Origin: Chthoniobacterales bacterium
GTDB taxonomy: Bacteria > Verrucomicrobiota > Verrucomicrobiia > Chthoniobacterales > Chthoniobacteraceae
Assembly: GCA_038207335.1 (NCBI GenBank)
Contig: JBBQZX010000005.1
Span: 96,001 to 160,000 of the forward strand
Length of the DNA: 64,000 nt
Reading direction: 5' to 3'
Shown: piece by piece, positions 21,556-31,446 of the stretch
Position numbering within the stretch: the stretch's first letter is position 1
Layout: each line of letters begins with the position of its first letter
Program-made: the position numbers and the translations under genes
Notes under the pieces: model-generated
The model's input: the letters and a program-made list of their open reading frames with translations, nothing else
Database searches by the model: none
What the model was told of the DNA's origin: nothing

Positions 21556-22458
21556 CTATTTCGGGAGCGGCACGTAGCCGGTCTGCTTCACGATCGCCTG
21601 GCCCGCGTCGCTGTGAATCCAGTCGAGATACTTCTTCACCGCCGCGGTCGGCTCTCCTGCGGTGTACATGAAGAGCGGGCGCGCGATCGGGTAGGTTTTG
21701 TCCAGTGTCGTCTCGATCGAAGGCGTCACGGAAGGCTCGCCTGTTTTTTTGGAAACTTTGATCTGCTTCACGTCGGGCGTGGCGTATCCCATGCCGGAGT
21801 AGCCGATCGCGCCGGGCGTTTTTGCGATGAGTTCCACCACGTCTTTGCTGCCGTTCATGTCGAGTGTGCCCTGCTTGTATTCGCTTTTTTTACCGATGAT
21901 CGCCTCTTTGAAATAGTGATATGTCCCCGAGTTGTTCTGCCGGCTGACGCGCACGATTTCGTCGCTTTTCTCGCCGCCGGGCACGGTGACTCCGAGTTGA
22001 CTCCATTTCGTGATCGTGCCGTTGTCGCGATAGATTTCGCCGAGCTGCTCGAGCGAGATTTCATTCAGCGGATTGTCCTTGTGAATGAAAATCGAGAGCG
22101 CGTCGTAGCCGACCATGAATTCCTTCGGCTCCACGTTCCGCTTCTCTTTCAGCTCGGCGACTTCCTTTTCCTCGAATGTGCGCGAGCAGTTCGCGATGTC
22201 GCAGGTGCCTTGGATCAGCGCCGCCGTGCCGGTGCCCGATCCGCCGCCATTCACTTCGACCGAAACGGTGGGCTCGACGTGCCCGTAAGCCTCCGCCCAC
22301 GCGATCGCGAGGTTCACCATCGTGTCGGAGCCGATGTTCGTGATCGTGGTTTTCTTGCCACCTCCCGCCGAGCTCGCGTCGCCGGATTTGTTACATGCAG
22401 TGAGCGTGAACGCGAACACGGCAAGCGCGGCGCAGGTTAGTTTCAGGGTGGTTTTCAT
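21556..22458 (-). CDS. pstS: Phosphate-binding lipoprotein PstS
   Basis: Lipobox LTAC; GSDT, GGGSGTG, 'SR..NSGT', 'YPIARPL'. Confidence 0.95.
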   Translation of the reverse strand: MKTTLKLTCAALAVFAFTLTACNKSGDASSAGGGKKTTITNIGSDTMVNLAIAWAEAYGHVEPTVSVEVNGGGSGTGTAALIQGTCDIANCSRTFEEKEVAELKEKRNVEPKEFMVGYDALSIFIHKDNPLNEISLEQLGEIYRDNGTITKWSQLGVTVPGGEKSDEIVRVSRQNNSGTYHYFKEAIIGKKSEYKQGTLDMNGSKDVVELIAKTPGAIGYSGMGYATPDVKQIKVSKKTGEPSVTPSIETTLDKTYPIARPLFMYTAGEPTAAVKKYLDWIHSDAGQAIVKQTGYVPLPK

Positions 22459-22480
22459 GGGTATGTTTTGGTGTGGAGAT

Positions 22481-23581
22481 TTAGGGAATGCGGTCGGCGA
22501 GCACGGCTTTGCAGAGATCGGAGATATGCTGTTTTAGAAAGTCGAACGTCGCCGCGTAGGCACCCGCTTTTTCCTCGCCGGAGAGGTCTGCGCCGCCCGG
22601 ATTCGGAAGCCCGCTCCAGTCGAGGCAGACGGCTTTTCGCACGGAGGAAAATGCGCGCTTCGCATCGGGCGTGAGCGCGACGAGGATTTGCGTGTGCTCG
22701 AGATTCGGCAGTTGATCGATCGAGTGCGTCGTGGTCCGCGAGACGTCGATTTCTTTCTCCACGAGAAACTGAATCGCACCCGGATCGACCTGCCCCGCGG
22801 TGATTCCCGCGCTCGCAAAAACGAAGAGAGGCAGATTCAGCGAATGCCCGATCGCCTCGGCCATCTGGCTCGCGCAGCCGTTGTCGTCATCGACGAAAAC
22901 CATGCGCCACACATCTCCGCCGAGGTGCTTCGAGTGCTCGCCGGTCGTCATGTAAATGACCTCCTCGCAGATATTCTGAGCCTGGTCGGTCACGCGCTCG
23001 AAGCGCCGCGCGACTGTCATCAGCGGCGTGAGCGCCTTGAGCGGCAGCTTGCCGTCGTGGCGCAGCGCGAAGAGCTCGGCATTGATCGTCGATTTCAGAC
23101 CATCCACCTCGTCCTCCACGGCCATCGTGCGGCGCGCGAGTTCGACATCCTCGGTGAGAAAAGCGCGCACCGCATCGCGCAGCATCGGGATGCTCAGCGA
23201 AGCGATTTGCTCGAATCGCGCGAGCGGAAATTCGCAGTCGAATGCCGATAATTTCAGCACTTGCCGCGCGATGCTTTCCGCGTAGTCGCCGATACGCTCG
23301 ATGTCTTGGTTGATCTTGATCGCGATGTAGGCGAAGCGCAGTTGCAGGGCGACGGGCTGCTGGCGCACGAGGAATTCGAGGCACAGCCGGTCGATTTCCA
23401 GTTCCAGCTCATCGATGCGCCGGTCGCGCAAAATCACCGTGTAGGCGAGTTGCCGGTCGCGATTTGAAAATGCGCGCAACACGGCTTCCAGCGCGTCGGT
23501 CGCGAGATTCGCCATGTCCGAGATGCGGCCGCGGATGCGGTCGATGTCGCGCTGCATGGATGCTTCGTAGTAAGAGGCCAT
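22481..23581 (-). CDS. phoU: PhoU fused to a C-terminal ArsC/LMW-PTP-like domain
   Basis: Two PhoU repeats ('QQPVALQLR', 'ERIGDYAESI', 'ERVTDQAQNICE'), then 'VFVDDDNGCASQMAEA...SAG'. Confidence 0.9.
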   Translation of the reverse strand: MASYYEASMQRDIDRIRGRISDMANLATDALEAVLRAFSNRDRQLAYTVILRDRRIDELELEIDRLCLEFLVRQQPVALQLRFAYIAIKINQDIERIGDYAESIARQVLKLSAFDCEFPLARFEQIASLSIPMLRDAVRAFLTEDVELARRTMAVEDEVDGLKSTINAELFALRHDGKLPLKALTPLMTVARRFERVTDQAQNICEEVIYMTTGEHSKHLGGDVWRMVFVDDDNGCASQMAEAIGHSLNLPLFVFASAGITAGQVDPGAIQFLVEKEIDVSRTTTHSIDQLPNLEHTQILVALTPDAKRAFSSVRKAVCLDWSGLPNPGGADLSGEEKAGAYAATFDFLKQHISDLCKAVLADRIP

Positions 23582-23656
23582 TCGGGTGGATGGGTAGGGA
23601 AACCAAGCGGGTGATCCAAGGCAAACGCGAATCAAATATCCGCCGTTTTCCAAAAC

Positions 23657-23692
23657 GTCACGATTTCGCCACGCGATTGTGACATTTGTCGC
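23657..23692 (-). promoter_or_regulatory. Putative Pho-box-like phased repeats upstream of phoU-pst
   Basis: On the + strand: GTCAC (23657), GCCAC (23668), GTGAC (23679), an 11-bp period. Confidence 0.5.
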
Positions 23693-23823
23693 CCGTCTCT
23701 TTTCCCACGACCGAGAGGCTCGCGTTGAAATTCGGAAAAGCCTTGCGCGTCCACGCCATCGACGGATACCCGAACCCATCGTCGCCGCACAACAGGTACA
23801 CTCGATTTTCTAGCACGCCTTCA

Positions 23824-24612
23824 ATGGAAACGCACGCCCCACAACGCTTCAATGTCCTCGGCATCGGTGTCAGCGCGATTCATTTGGAAAGTGCCGTCGC
23901 CGCAGTTCTCGCAGCGACCGCTGCCCGGCGAAAAGGATACGTCTGCGTGACCGGCGTGCATGGAGTGATCGAGGCACAAGACGACCCGGACTTTCGCGAA
24001 ATCCTCAACCGCGCATTTCTGGTGACCCCCGACGGGATGCCGCTCGCGTGGCTGGGAAAGTTAAAATTCGGCGCGCGGGTGGATCGAGTCTATGGTCCCG
24101 ATTTGATGCTCGCCGTGCTCGAAGCGACACGGGCAAAAACGTGCCGACATTTTTTTTACGGCGGCGCGCCCGGTGTCGCCGAAGACTTGAAAACGCGGCT
24201 CGAAACGCGGCTGCCCGGCGTGCAAATCGTGGGTACTTTTTGCCCGCCTTTTCGCCCGCTCGATGCGGCGGAACAGGCCGAACTGATCGCGCTCGTGGCG
24301 GAGAAAACGCCCGACATCATTTGGGTCGGCCTCAGCACGCCGAAGCAGGAGCGCTTCATGGCGGAATATCTCCCGCGACTCAATACGACGCTCATGTTCG
24401 GCGTCGGCGCGGCATTCGATTTTCATTCCGGCCGGGTCCGGCAAGCGCCGCGCTGGATTCAGCGCTCTGGCTTCGAGTGGCTTTTCCGCACGATCTGCGA
24501 GCCGCGCCGCCTCGCGCGCCGCTACCTGGTGAACAATCCGCGTTTCCTGTTTCGCATCGCCGCGCAGCTTCTCCACCTCCGGCACTATCCGCTTGAAGGA
24601 GTCGTCAACTGA
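23824..24612 (+). CDS. WecG/TagA/CpsF family glycosyltransferase
   Basis: 'PDGMP', 'RVYGPDLM', 'VGLSTPKQE', 'GVGAAFDF', 'EW..R...EPRRL..RY'. Confidence 0.93.
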   Translation: METHAPQRFNVLGIGVSAIHLESAVAAVLAATAARRKGYVCVTGVHGVIEAQDDPDFREILNRAFLVTPDGMPLAWLGKLKFGARVDRVYGPDLMLAVLEATRAKTCRHFFYGGAPGVAEDLKTRLETRLPGVQIVGTFCPPFRPLDAAEQAELIALVAEKTPDIIWVGLSTPKQERFMAEYLPRLNTTLMFGVGAAFDFHSGRVRQAPRWIQRSGFEWLFRTICEPRRLARRYLVNNPRFLFRIAAQLLHLRHYPLEGVVN

Positions 24613-24647
24613 GAGACATTCGCCGACCCATCACCCCACCCTTTTTC

Positions 24648-25652
24648 ATGAATAAAATACTCGTTTGCGGCGCAGGTGGATTCATCGGCGGACATCTCGT
24701 TGCGGACCTTCGTCGGCAAGGTTTTACCGATATTCGGGCTGTCGATCAGAAACCGCTCGACGCGTGGTATCAACGGTTCGACGACGTCGAAAATCTCTCG
24801 CTCGATCTCTCGCGGCTCGACGCCTGCGAGACTGCTGTGAACGGCGCGGACGTCGTTTACAACCTCGCCGCCGACATGGGCGGGATGGGCTTCATCGAAC
24901 TAAACAAAGCGCTCTGCATGCTCACCGTCTTGATCAATACGCACCTGCTCATGGCGGCGCGAAAATTCGGAGTCGGCCGCTTTTTCTACTCCTCCAGCGC
25001 GTGCGTGTACAACGCCGACAAGCAGCGCGATCCAAACGTCACCGCGCTGAAAGAAGAAGATGCCTATCCCGCGCTGCCCGAGGACGGCTACGGCTGGGAG
25101 AAGCTCTTCAGCGAGCGGATGTGCCGTCATTTTCGCGAAGATTTCGGCGTCCAGACGCGCATCGCCCGCTACCACAATGTCTATGGTCCGCACGGCACTT
25201 ACGACGGCGGGCGGGAGAAGGCTCCGGCTGCAGTTTGCCGCAAGGTCATCGACGCGAAACTGAGCGGAAAACACGAAATCGAAATCTGGGGCGACGGGCA
25301 TCAGACGCGGAGTTTCATGTATATCGACGACTGCCTGCACGGCTCGCAGATGCTCACCAACAGCGACTTTCTCGAGCCAATCAACATCGGCAGCAGCGAA
25401 CTCGTCTCGATCAATCAACTCGTCTCGATGGTCGAGGACATCGCCGGGATCACGCTCGAGAGGCGGTACAATCTCTCCGCTCCGAAAGGCGTCAATGGCC
25501 GCAACAGCGACAACACGCTGATCCAAAAAGTCTTCGGCTGGGAGCCCTCGACGAGACTGCGCGTGGGGATGGAAAAAACGTATGCGTGGATTCTGGACGA
25601 GATCATGAAGGCTCGTGCCACCGGGCGTGCGGCCGTCGTGAACGTCGCGTAG
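24648..25652 (+). CDS. NAD-dependent epimerase, GDP-mannose 3,5-epimerase-like
   Basis: GAGGFIG, 'AADMGGMGFI', SSACVY, YGWEK, 'GGREKAPAA.CRK'. Confidence 0.88.
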   Translation: MNKILVCGAGGFIGGHLVADLRRQGFTDIRAVDQKPLDAWYQRFDDVENLSLDLSRLDACETAVNGADVVYNLAADMGGMGFIELNKALCMLTVLINTHLLMAARKFGVGRFFYSSSACVYNADKQRDPNVTALKEEDAYPALPEDGYGWEKLFSERMCRHFREDFGVQTRIARYHNVYGPHGTYDGGREKAPAAVCRKVIDAKLSGKHEIEIWGDGHQTRSFMYIDDCLHGSQMLTNSDFLEPINIGSSELVSINQLVSMVEDIAGITLERRYNLSAPKGVNGRNSDNTLIQKVFGWEPSTRLRVGMEKTYAWILDEIMKARATGRAAVVNVA

Positions 25653-25724
25653 TTTTCGCGCCTGCGCCCGACTGCGAGAGCGCCTTTGACCGCCCGCGCA
25701 TCGCGAATAGATTGCGACTCCCTC

Positions 25725-26741
25725 ATGCCGGAGCCTGCCCCATCCCAGCCTGTTGCTTCGCCGACGTTCGGTGAAGTGTCGCGACGTTTCATCGAGTGGG
25801 TGCGCGCGCGTCCGCTCGATGCGCTTCTGTGGGCCGCGATCTTCGGCGCGCTCATTTACTTTTTCGGGTTCTTCAAAATCTTCAATAACGGCGACCTCTC
25901 CGCAGCGGTGTGGGCATGGAGCGCGTGGAATCCCGAGAACAATCAGGAGCACTCTGTCGTCATCCTGCCCGTCGCGATTTTCCTCCTCTGGTATCACCGC
26001 GACCGACTCTCCGCCGCGCCGAAGCAGCCCTCGAATGCCGGCCTCGCCATCGCAGCCGCCGGCATCCTCGCGTTTCTCCTCGCCGCCCGCACTCTTCAGC
26101 CGCGCATTGCGGTTTTCGCCCTCCCGCTCATCATCCTCGGTGGCGTCTGGTTCCTGTGGGGGCGGGCCGTCGCGCGCGTCTTTTTATTCCCGTGCGTCTT
26201 CCTGCTTTTCATGATCCCCATCGGCGGCCTCGTGCAGGGCACCGTCTCGCTCCAGCTCCTCGTCTCATCGGTCTGCAATACGCTCGCCAGCCTCATCGGC
26301 GTGAAAATCGAGATCAGCGGCACCACGATCCGCTCGCTTGACGGCAGCTTCAATTTCGAGATCGCCGAAGGCTGCAGCGGCATCCGTTCGCTCATGGCCA
26401 TGATGACCCTCACCGCCCTCTACGTGCATTTCACGCAGCGGCTTTTGTGGAAAAAAGCCGCCATCTTCTGTGCCTCGCTCGTCTTCGCCGTGATCGGGAA
26501 TATTGGCCGCATCTTCACCGTCATCCTCGTCGCGAAATTCATCAGTCCGAAACTCGCGAGCGGGCTTTACCACGACTATTCCGGCTTCGTTTTCTTCCCC
26601 ATCGCGGTCGGTGCGATGGTCGCCTTTGGCAATCTGCTGAACCTCGACTGGAGCAAAATCGCGGCGTCAGCCACAAAGACCGAGCCTCCTCAGATCGATG
26701 CCAGCGGCAAGCCCACCGCGCCGATTTCGTATGACTACTAA
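25725..26741 (+). CDS. Exosortase family protein
   Basis: Multi-TM protein with 'IAEGCSGIRS' (Cys), 'GNIGRI' (Arg) and 'YHD' (His). Confidence 0.9.
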   Translation: MPEPAPSQPVASPTFGEVSRRFIEWVRARPLDALLWAAIFGALIYFFGFFKIFNNGDLSAAVWAWSAWNPENNQEHSVVILPVAIFLLWYHRDRLSAAPKQPSNAGLAIAAAGILAFLLAARTLQPRIAVFALPLIILGGVWFLWGRAVARVFLFPCVFLLFMIPIGGLVQGTVSLQLLVSSVCNTLASLIGVKIEISGTTIRSLDGSFNFEIAEGCSGIRSLMAMMTLTALYVHFTQRLLWKKAAIFCASLVFAVIGNIGRIFTVILVAKFISPKLASGLYHDYSGFVFFPIAVGAMVAFGNLLNLDWSKIAASATKTEPPQIDASGKPTAPISYDY

Positions 26742-27414
26742 CCGCCTCGCGATCCTCCTCGCAGTCCTGCTGGCGGGCCTCAGCGGCGTCTTCCTGCTGC
26801 CGAGACAACTCAACTTCCAGCCCGTCGGGATCTCGCTAAATCTGCCGAGCCACATCGACGAATGGTGGGGCATCGACGTCGCCGTCACAGACCGTGAAAA
26901 GCAAATCCTCGGTCCAGAGACGGAGTTCGCGCGAAAGGGATACACCAATGGCCGCGGCGACGAAATCCTCGCCTCCATCGTCCTTGCCGGGCAGGATATG
27001 AACACCGGCATCCACCGCCCCGAGCGCTGCCTGCCCGCCCAGGGCTGGACCATTACGAACAAAGCCACGCGCATCATCCCGCTCGCAGAGCGCGGCACCC
27101 TCAGCGTCACGCGCCTGCGCAATCTACGCAGCGCGAAAGACGCGCGCGGAAACCCCATCCAGATCTACAACCTCGATTACTACTGGTTCGTCGGGCACAA
27201 CGTCACCACCGGCTCCCACTTCGACCGCACCCTCATCGACATCCGCGACCGCCTCTTCCTCGGCTACAACCAGCGCTGGGCCTACGTCACCATCGCCGCA
27301 AACGTGCAAAACGGTGCCTTCGCCCACGACGAAAAGGAACTCGACGCGATGATCCAGGAGTTCATCCGCAAGCTCGTGCCGCTGGTGGAAAAAGAGTCGG
27401 TCGTCAACGGCTGA
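26731..27414 (+). CDS. Exosortase-associated EpsI family protein
   Basis: 'IHRPERCLPAQGW', 'YYWF'; directly follows the exosortase. Confidence 0.85.
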   Translation: MTTNRLAILLAVLLAGLSGVFLLPRQLNFQPVGISLNLPSHIDEWWGIDVAVTDREKQILGPETEFARKGYTNGRGDEILASIVLAGQDMNTGIHRPERCLPAQGWTITNKATRIIPLAERGTLSVTRLRNLRSAKDARGNPIQIYNLDYYWFVGHNVTTGSHFDRTLIDIRDRLFLGYNQRWAYVTIAANVQNGAFAHDEKELDAMIQEFIRKLVPLVEKESVVNG

Positions 27415-27423
27415 CCCCCCGTC

Positions 27424-28398
27424 TCACTCCCCGGACTCCAGTTTCCGGCGCAGCTCCTTCAGCTTCTCCCTCTCCGCATCCGTGCGGTACTGCATCTCCC
27501 GGCGCGCCGCCTCATCCCGCGGGCCGAAGCGCCCAAACGCCTTCGCCCCGTGATCCCGCTCCGCCAGCCATTGGCGCTGACCCTCCCGGAGCGAGGGCCG
27601 CGACTTCTCCGGCAGCCCATCGCGGTATTTTTGGTAAGCCCCATTCAGCTCCCGGTCCACCGCATCCAGCCTCCCCTGCATCACAGCCTCCGCCGGCAGC
27701 GCGTCCACCGACTCCGCCGAGACCAGTTCATACGCCGGATCATCTTCAAATTGTCCACTCCAGCGCCTTCCCGCGCGCTTGTTGTAATCTCGCAAATACT
27801 CACTCACCTCCCACCGCCCTCCGCGCACATTATAATACGCGCCCCAGTGATACACCCCCTCGCCGCCCCTCTCCCCGGCGCGCACCGCATACAGCGCCCG
27901 CGCCCCATCGGGACTCCACGCGATGAAATCCACGATGCCGCGCGTCTCATCCTCCCGGGAGGCATCCGTCGCTCCCTTCCGCCCCGTCGAGCGGTCATAA
28001 AACTGCCAGAGAGACTGCCCGATCGTGCCCTTGTCATGCGCCGGCGCAAACTTCACGCCTTCCATCTGCCGGAACAGCTCCGCGGAAGCCATGCCAGAGC
28101 CGAGATGATACGTGGCGGCGATCCATCGGTCATCCGGTGAAAAAACAAAGCTCCCGGGCTGGGCGTCCCGGCTTTCCCCGAGGCGGGCGCGGAGCTTCGA
28201 GTCCGCGGCAGAGACCACCCACTCCTCCGATTTGTCGTCGCGGTCCGAGGCCTCGATCCACAGCTTCCCCGAGGGACTCGTCGCCACCGCAGGCAAGCCC
28301 TCCTTCTCACCCAAAGCCGTCCCGCAATGAGCCGCGCCGAAAAGCGCCAGCGTGAACACCAGGGGGCGGCACCCGTGTCGCGCAGCATAGCGTTTCAT
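27424..28398 (-). CDS. Secreted protein with C-terminal LprI/DUF1311 (lysozyme-inhibitor-like) domain
   Basis: Signal peptide; beta-propeller-like 'FSPDD' and 'WSPDG' units; 'DRELNGAYQ...LREGQRQWL..RD'. Confidence 0.7.
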   Translation of the reverse strand: MKRYAARHGCRPLVFTLALFGAAHCGTALGEKEGLPAVATSPSGKLWIEASDRDDKSEEWVVSAADSKLRARLGESRDAQPGSFVFSPDDRWIAATYHLGSGMASAELFRQMEGVKFAPAHDKGTIGQSLWQFYDRSTGRKGATDASREDETRGIVDFIAWSPDGARALYAVRAGERGGEGVYHWGAYYNVRGGRWEVSEYLRDYNKRAGRRWSGQFEDDPAYELVSAESVDALPAEAVMQGRLDAVDRELNGAYQKYRDGLPEKSRPSLREGQRQWLAERDHGAKAFGRFGPRDEAARREMQYRTDAEREKLKELRRKLESGE

Positions 28399-28507
28399 GC
28401 CGAAAATCTTGGGCAAGCGTGCCCGCGAAACAATCCCGAAAAGTCCTCCGGTCTGCCATGTCGGAGAATGCTTGGCAGGCCATTGCGGATGCGGCTTTCA
28501 TTCTGGG

Positions 28508-29026
28508 ATGAAAGTGCGACTCCTCCTCGTTCTCTGTCTGCATTTCCTGTATCCCGGCGGAGCCACATCTGCGGAGAAAAGCGCGCCTCCGCCAGACGCA
28601 AAGCCCGGGATCGTCGAATACTTTCTCCGCCTGCCGAAAGACACCCTCGAAGCGCCGCCCAAAGCATGGCTCACCGACGCCGGGATCGACCGCGCCAATG
28701 GATTCATCGCCGTCGCGGGCGATGGCGCCCAGCCTTCCTTTCAAGTAGTCCTCTTTCGCTTTCGAGATGGCACGCCGCTCCTCGCCTTGGGTGAAGAGCA
28801 GCTCGAATCCGAATCTTCCCGGCTCATCTACCTCCGCTTCTTCACGCAGGCATGGGATGGAAACATGCGCGAGGTCAAGCGGTCCGAATTCCCCGAGAAA
28901 GCGGCTCAGCACCACTATTTTGAGCTGCCACATCACGGACGCACCATCGTCGTCCGGGACGAGCGAAGCGGTCGCGTTCTCCAGCGTCTCACATGGGATG
29001 GGTCGAAATTCCAACCCGCCCAATAA
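28508..29026 (+). CDS. Hypothetical secreted protein
   Basis: Signal peptide; 'D..NGFI', 'FELP..G.TI', 'L.WDG.KF'. Confidence 0.65.
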   Translation: MKVRLLLVLCLHFLYPGGATSAEKSAPPPDAKPGIVEYFLRLPKDTLEAPPKAWLTDAGIDRANGFIAVAGDGAQPSFQVVLFRFRDGTPLLALGEEQLESESSRLIYLRFFTQAWDGNMREVKRSEFPEKAAQHHYFELPHHGRTIVVRDERSGRVLQRLTWDGSKFQPAQ

Positions 29027-29067
29027 ACCTAGAAACGTGCGCGACTCATCGCGCCGCTGGTCTGGAG

Positions 29068-30063
29068 CTACACTTTCCCCGCGATCACTTTCTCCAGCTT
29101 CACGATATCCACGGCGAATTTCCGGATGCCCTCGGCGGTTTTCTCCGTCGCCATCGCGTCGTCATTGAGCAGGTACCGGAAGGTCTTCTCGTCGATCTTC
29201 ACCCGCTCGATGTCCGCGTCTTTGGCAGCTGCGGCGTCGAGTTTCTTTTCCACGGTCTCGGTGCTGTCAGCGAGCTTCGCGAGCAGATCGGGGCTGATCG
29301 TGAGAAGGTCGCAGCCCGCCAGTTCGATGATCTGGCTCACATTGCGGAAGCTCGCGCCCATCACCTCGGTCTTGTGGCCGAACTTTTTATAGTAGTTGAA
29401 AATCTGCGCCACAGACTGAACGCCAGGGTCCTCCGCGCCTGTGTAGTCGCGCTTGTTCGCATTTTTAAACCAATCGTAAATCCGACCCACGAAAGGCGAG
29501 ATGAGCTGCACGTTTGCCTCGGCGCACGCGATCGCCTGCGCCAGTGAAAAGAGCAGCGTAAGGTTGCAGTGGATGCCCTCTTTCTCCAGCACCTCGGCGG
29601 CTTTGATGCCCTCCCACGTCGACGCAATTTTGATCAGCACGCGGTCGCGCGAGATGCCCGCCTTTTCATAGAGCGCGATGAGCTGCCGCCCCTTGTCGAT
29701 CGACCCCTGCGTGTCGAACGACAATCTTGCATCCGTCTCCGTGGAGACGCGACCCGGCACGATCTTCAAAATCTCGAGCCCAAAGGCGACGAGCACATTG
29801 TCGATGATGTCTTCGACCTGCGCCGCGCCGGTGAGGTCGACGCTTTTCCGGTCGGCGACGACTTTGTCCAAGATGTGCGCGTATTCCGCCTTTGTGGCCG
29901 CCTGCAAAATCAGGCTCGGATTCGTCGTCGCGTCCTGCGGGTGAAAGTCGCGCATCGACTCGAAATCACCGGTATCGGCGACGACTCTGGTGAATTTCTT
30001 GAGCTGCTCGAGTTGGCTCAGTTGCGTGTCGTTGGTCGGATTTTCAGCGGTCGCAGTGCTCAT
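29068..30063 (-). CDS. tal: Transaldolase
   Basis: [47 protein letters not shown]. Confidence 0.97.
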   Translation of the reverse strand: MSTATAENPTNDTQLSQLEQLKKFTRVVADTGDFESMRDFHPQDATTNPSLILQAATKAEYAHILDKVVADRKSVDLTGAAQVEDIIDNVLVAFGLEILKIVPGRVSTETDARLSFDTQGSIDKGRQLIALYEKAGISRDRVLIKIASTWEGIKAAEVLEKEGIHCNLTLLFSLAQAIACAEANVQLISPFVGRIYDWFKNANKRDYTGAEDPGVQSVAQIFNYYKKFGHKTEVMGASFRNVSQIIELAGCDLLTISPDLLAKLADSTETVEKKLDAAAAKDADIERVKIDEKTFRYLLNDDAMATEKTAEGIRKFAVDIVKLEKVIAGKV

Positions 30064-30195
30064 AAGTAGGTCGCCCAGACTAGCGGCCACTAGGCTCTTG
30101 GCAAGACGCGGAAACGCCCGCCGGGAACGCACTCTTGCGGTGTCCTTCTCATCAGCGTTCGACGCGCGACGTTTTCCCAAATACCGTCCGCCGCC

Positions 30196-31437
30196 ATGCT
30201 CCCGCGCCTCGTCAGCATCTTCGGCCTTTTCGCCCTGCTTTTCATCGCGTGGGCGATGTCGAATCACCGCCGCGTTTTCCCCTGGCGCACCGCCATTTTC
30301 GGCATCGCGCTGCAATTCGTGTTCGCGCTTTTCATCTTGAAAACGTCGCTCGGCGCGAGCGTCTTCACCGGCGCGCAGCTAGCCGTCAATCACCTCAACG
30401 ACTACGCGATCGAGGGGACAAAAATGGTCTTCGGCCCGCTCGGTGATGGCGCTTCGCTCGGCACGGTCTTCGGCGCGAACAGCTACATTTTTGCCATCTC
30501 GGTCACCGCCACGATCATCCTGGTCTCAGCGCTTTCGTCTCTGCTCTACCACTGGGGAATTTTGCAGCGCGTCGTGCAGGGAATGGCCTGGGTGATGCAG
30601 CGCGCGATGGGCACCAGCGGCAGCGAGAGCCTGGCCGCGGCGAGTAATATTTTCCTCGGCCAGACCGAGGCCGCCCTGCTCATCCGGCCATACATCCCGC
30701 ACATGACCAAAAGCGAAATCATGGCACTCATGACGACCGGCATGGCCACGATCGCGAGCGGCGTCATGGTTGTCTATGCAGAGATGGGCGTCGGTGCCGG
30801 GCACCTGCTCGTCGCGTCGGTTTTGAGCGCGCCGGCGGGACTCATCATTGCGAAAATCATGTTCCCCGAGTTGCAGAAAAGTGAGACCGGCGCGAGCGCA
30901 TCGGCGGGAGTGGAAAAAGGAACAGTGAACGGCATCGACGCGCTCTGTCGCGGTGCGAGCGAAGGAGTCGCGCTGGCGATCAATGTCATGGCGATGCTCA
31001 TCGCATTCGTGGCCATCGTGGCGCTCGCGAACGCGCTTTTCGGCTGGGTGCAAACGCACGTCGGTATCGCGGAGCCGGTCACTTTCCAGCAGCTCCTCGG
31101 CTGGGTGAATGCGCCCTTCGCGTGGCTTATCGGCGTGCCGTGGAAAGACTGCGCGATCGTCGGCCAGGCGCTGGGGGAGCGGGTCGTACTGAATGAATTC
31201 ATCGGATACCTCTCGCTCACCAAACACGCTTCGGAGCTTGATCCGCGGTCGATGACCCTCGCGACCTACGCGCTCTGCGGCTTCGCGAATTTCTCCAGCA
31301 TCGCGATCCAAATCGGTGGCATCGGCGCACTCGCGCCGGAGCGCCGCGGCGACCTCGCGGCGCTGGGTCTGAAGTCGATGGTCGGTGGTCTGCTGGGCTG
31401 CTACCTCACGGCAACCGTTGTCGGCGTGATGCTCTGA
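30196..31437 (+). CDS. NupC/CNT family nucleoside transporter
   Basis: 'SGSES', 'NIFLGQTEA', 'NEFIGY', '[17 protein letters not shown]'. Confidence 0.93.
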   Translation: MLPRLVSIFGLFALLFIAWAMSNHRRVFPWRTAIFGIALQFVFALFILKTSLGASVFTGAQLAVNHLNDYAIEGTKMVFGPLGDGASLGTVFGANSYIFAISVTATIILVSALSSLLYHWGILQRVVQGMAWVMQRAMGTSGSESLAAASNIFLGQTEAALLIRPYIPHMTKSEIMALMTTGMATIASGVMVVYAEMGVGAGHLLVASVLSAPAGLIIAKIMFPELQKSETGASASAGVEKGTVNGIDALCRGASEGVALAINVMAMLIAFVAIVALANALFGWVQTHVGIAEPVTFQQLLGWVNAPFAWLIGVPWKDCAIVGQALGERVVLNEFIGYLSLTKHASELDPRSMTLATYALCGFANFSSIAIQIGGIGALAPERRGDLAALGLKSMVGGLLGCYLTATVVGVML

Positions 31438-31446
31438 TTTTTTGGA

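Noticed and set aside
20878..22440. 520-aa plus-strand ORF over pstC/pstS, and similarly 30526-32199, 34453-36021, 38714-40171, 42959-44533, 54457-55896
   Set aside because: Antisense shadows of recognisable genes.
27424..29026. Divergent pair of secreted hypothetical genes as integron cassettes or a toxin-immunity pair
   Set aside because: No attC-like flanks and no recognisable toxin domain.
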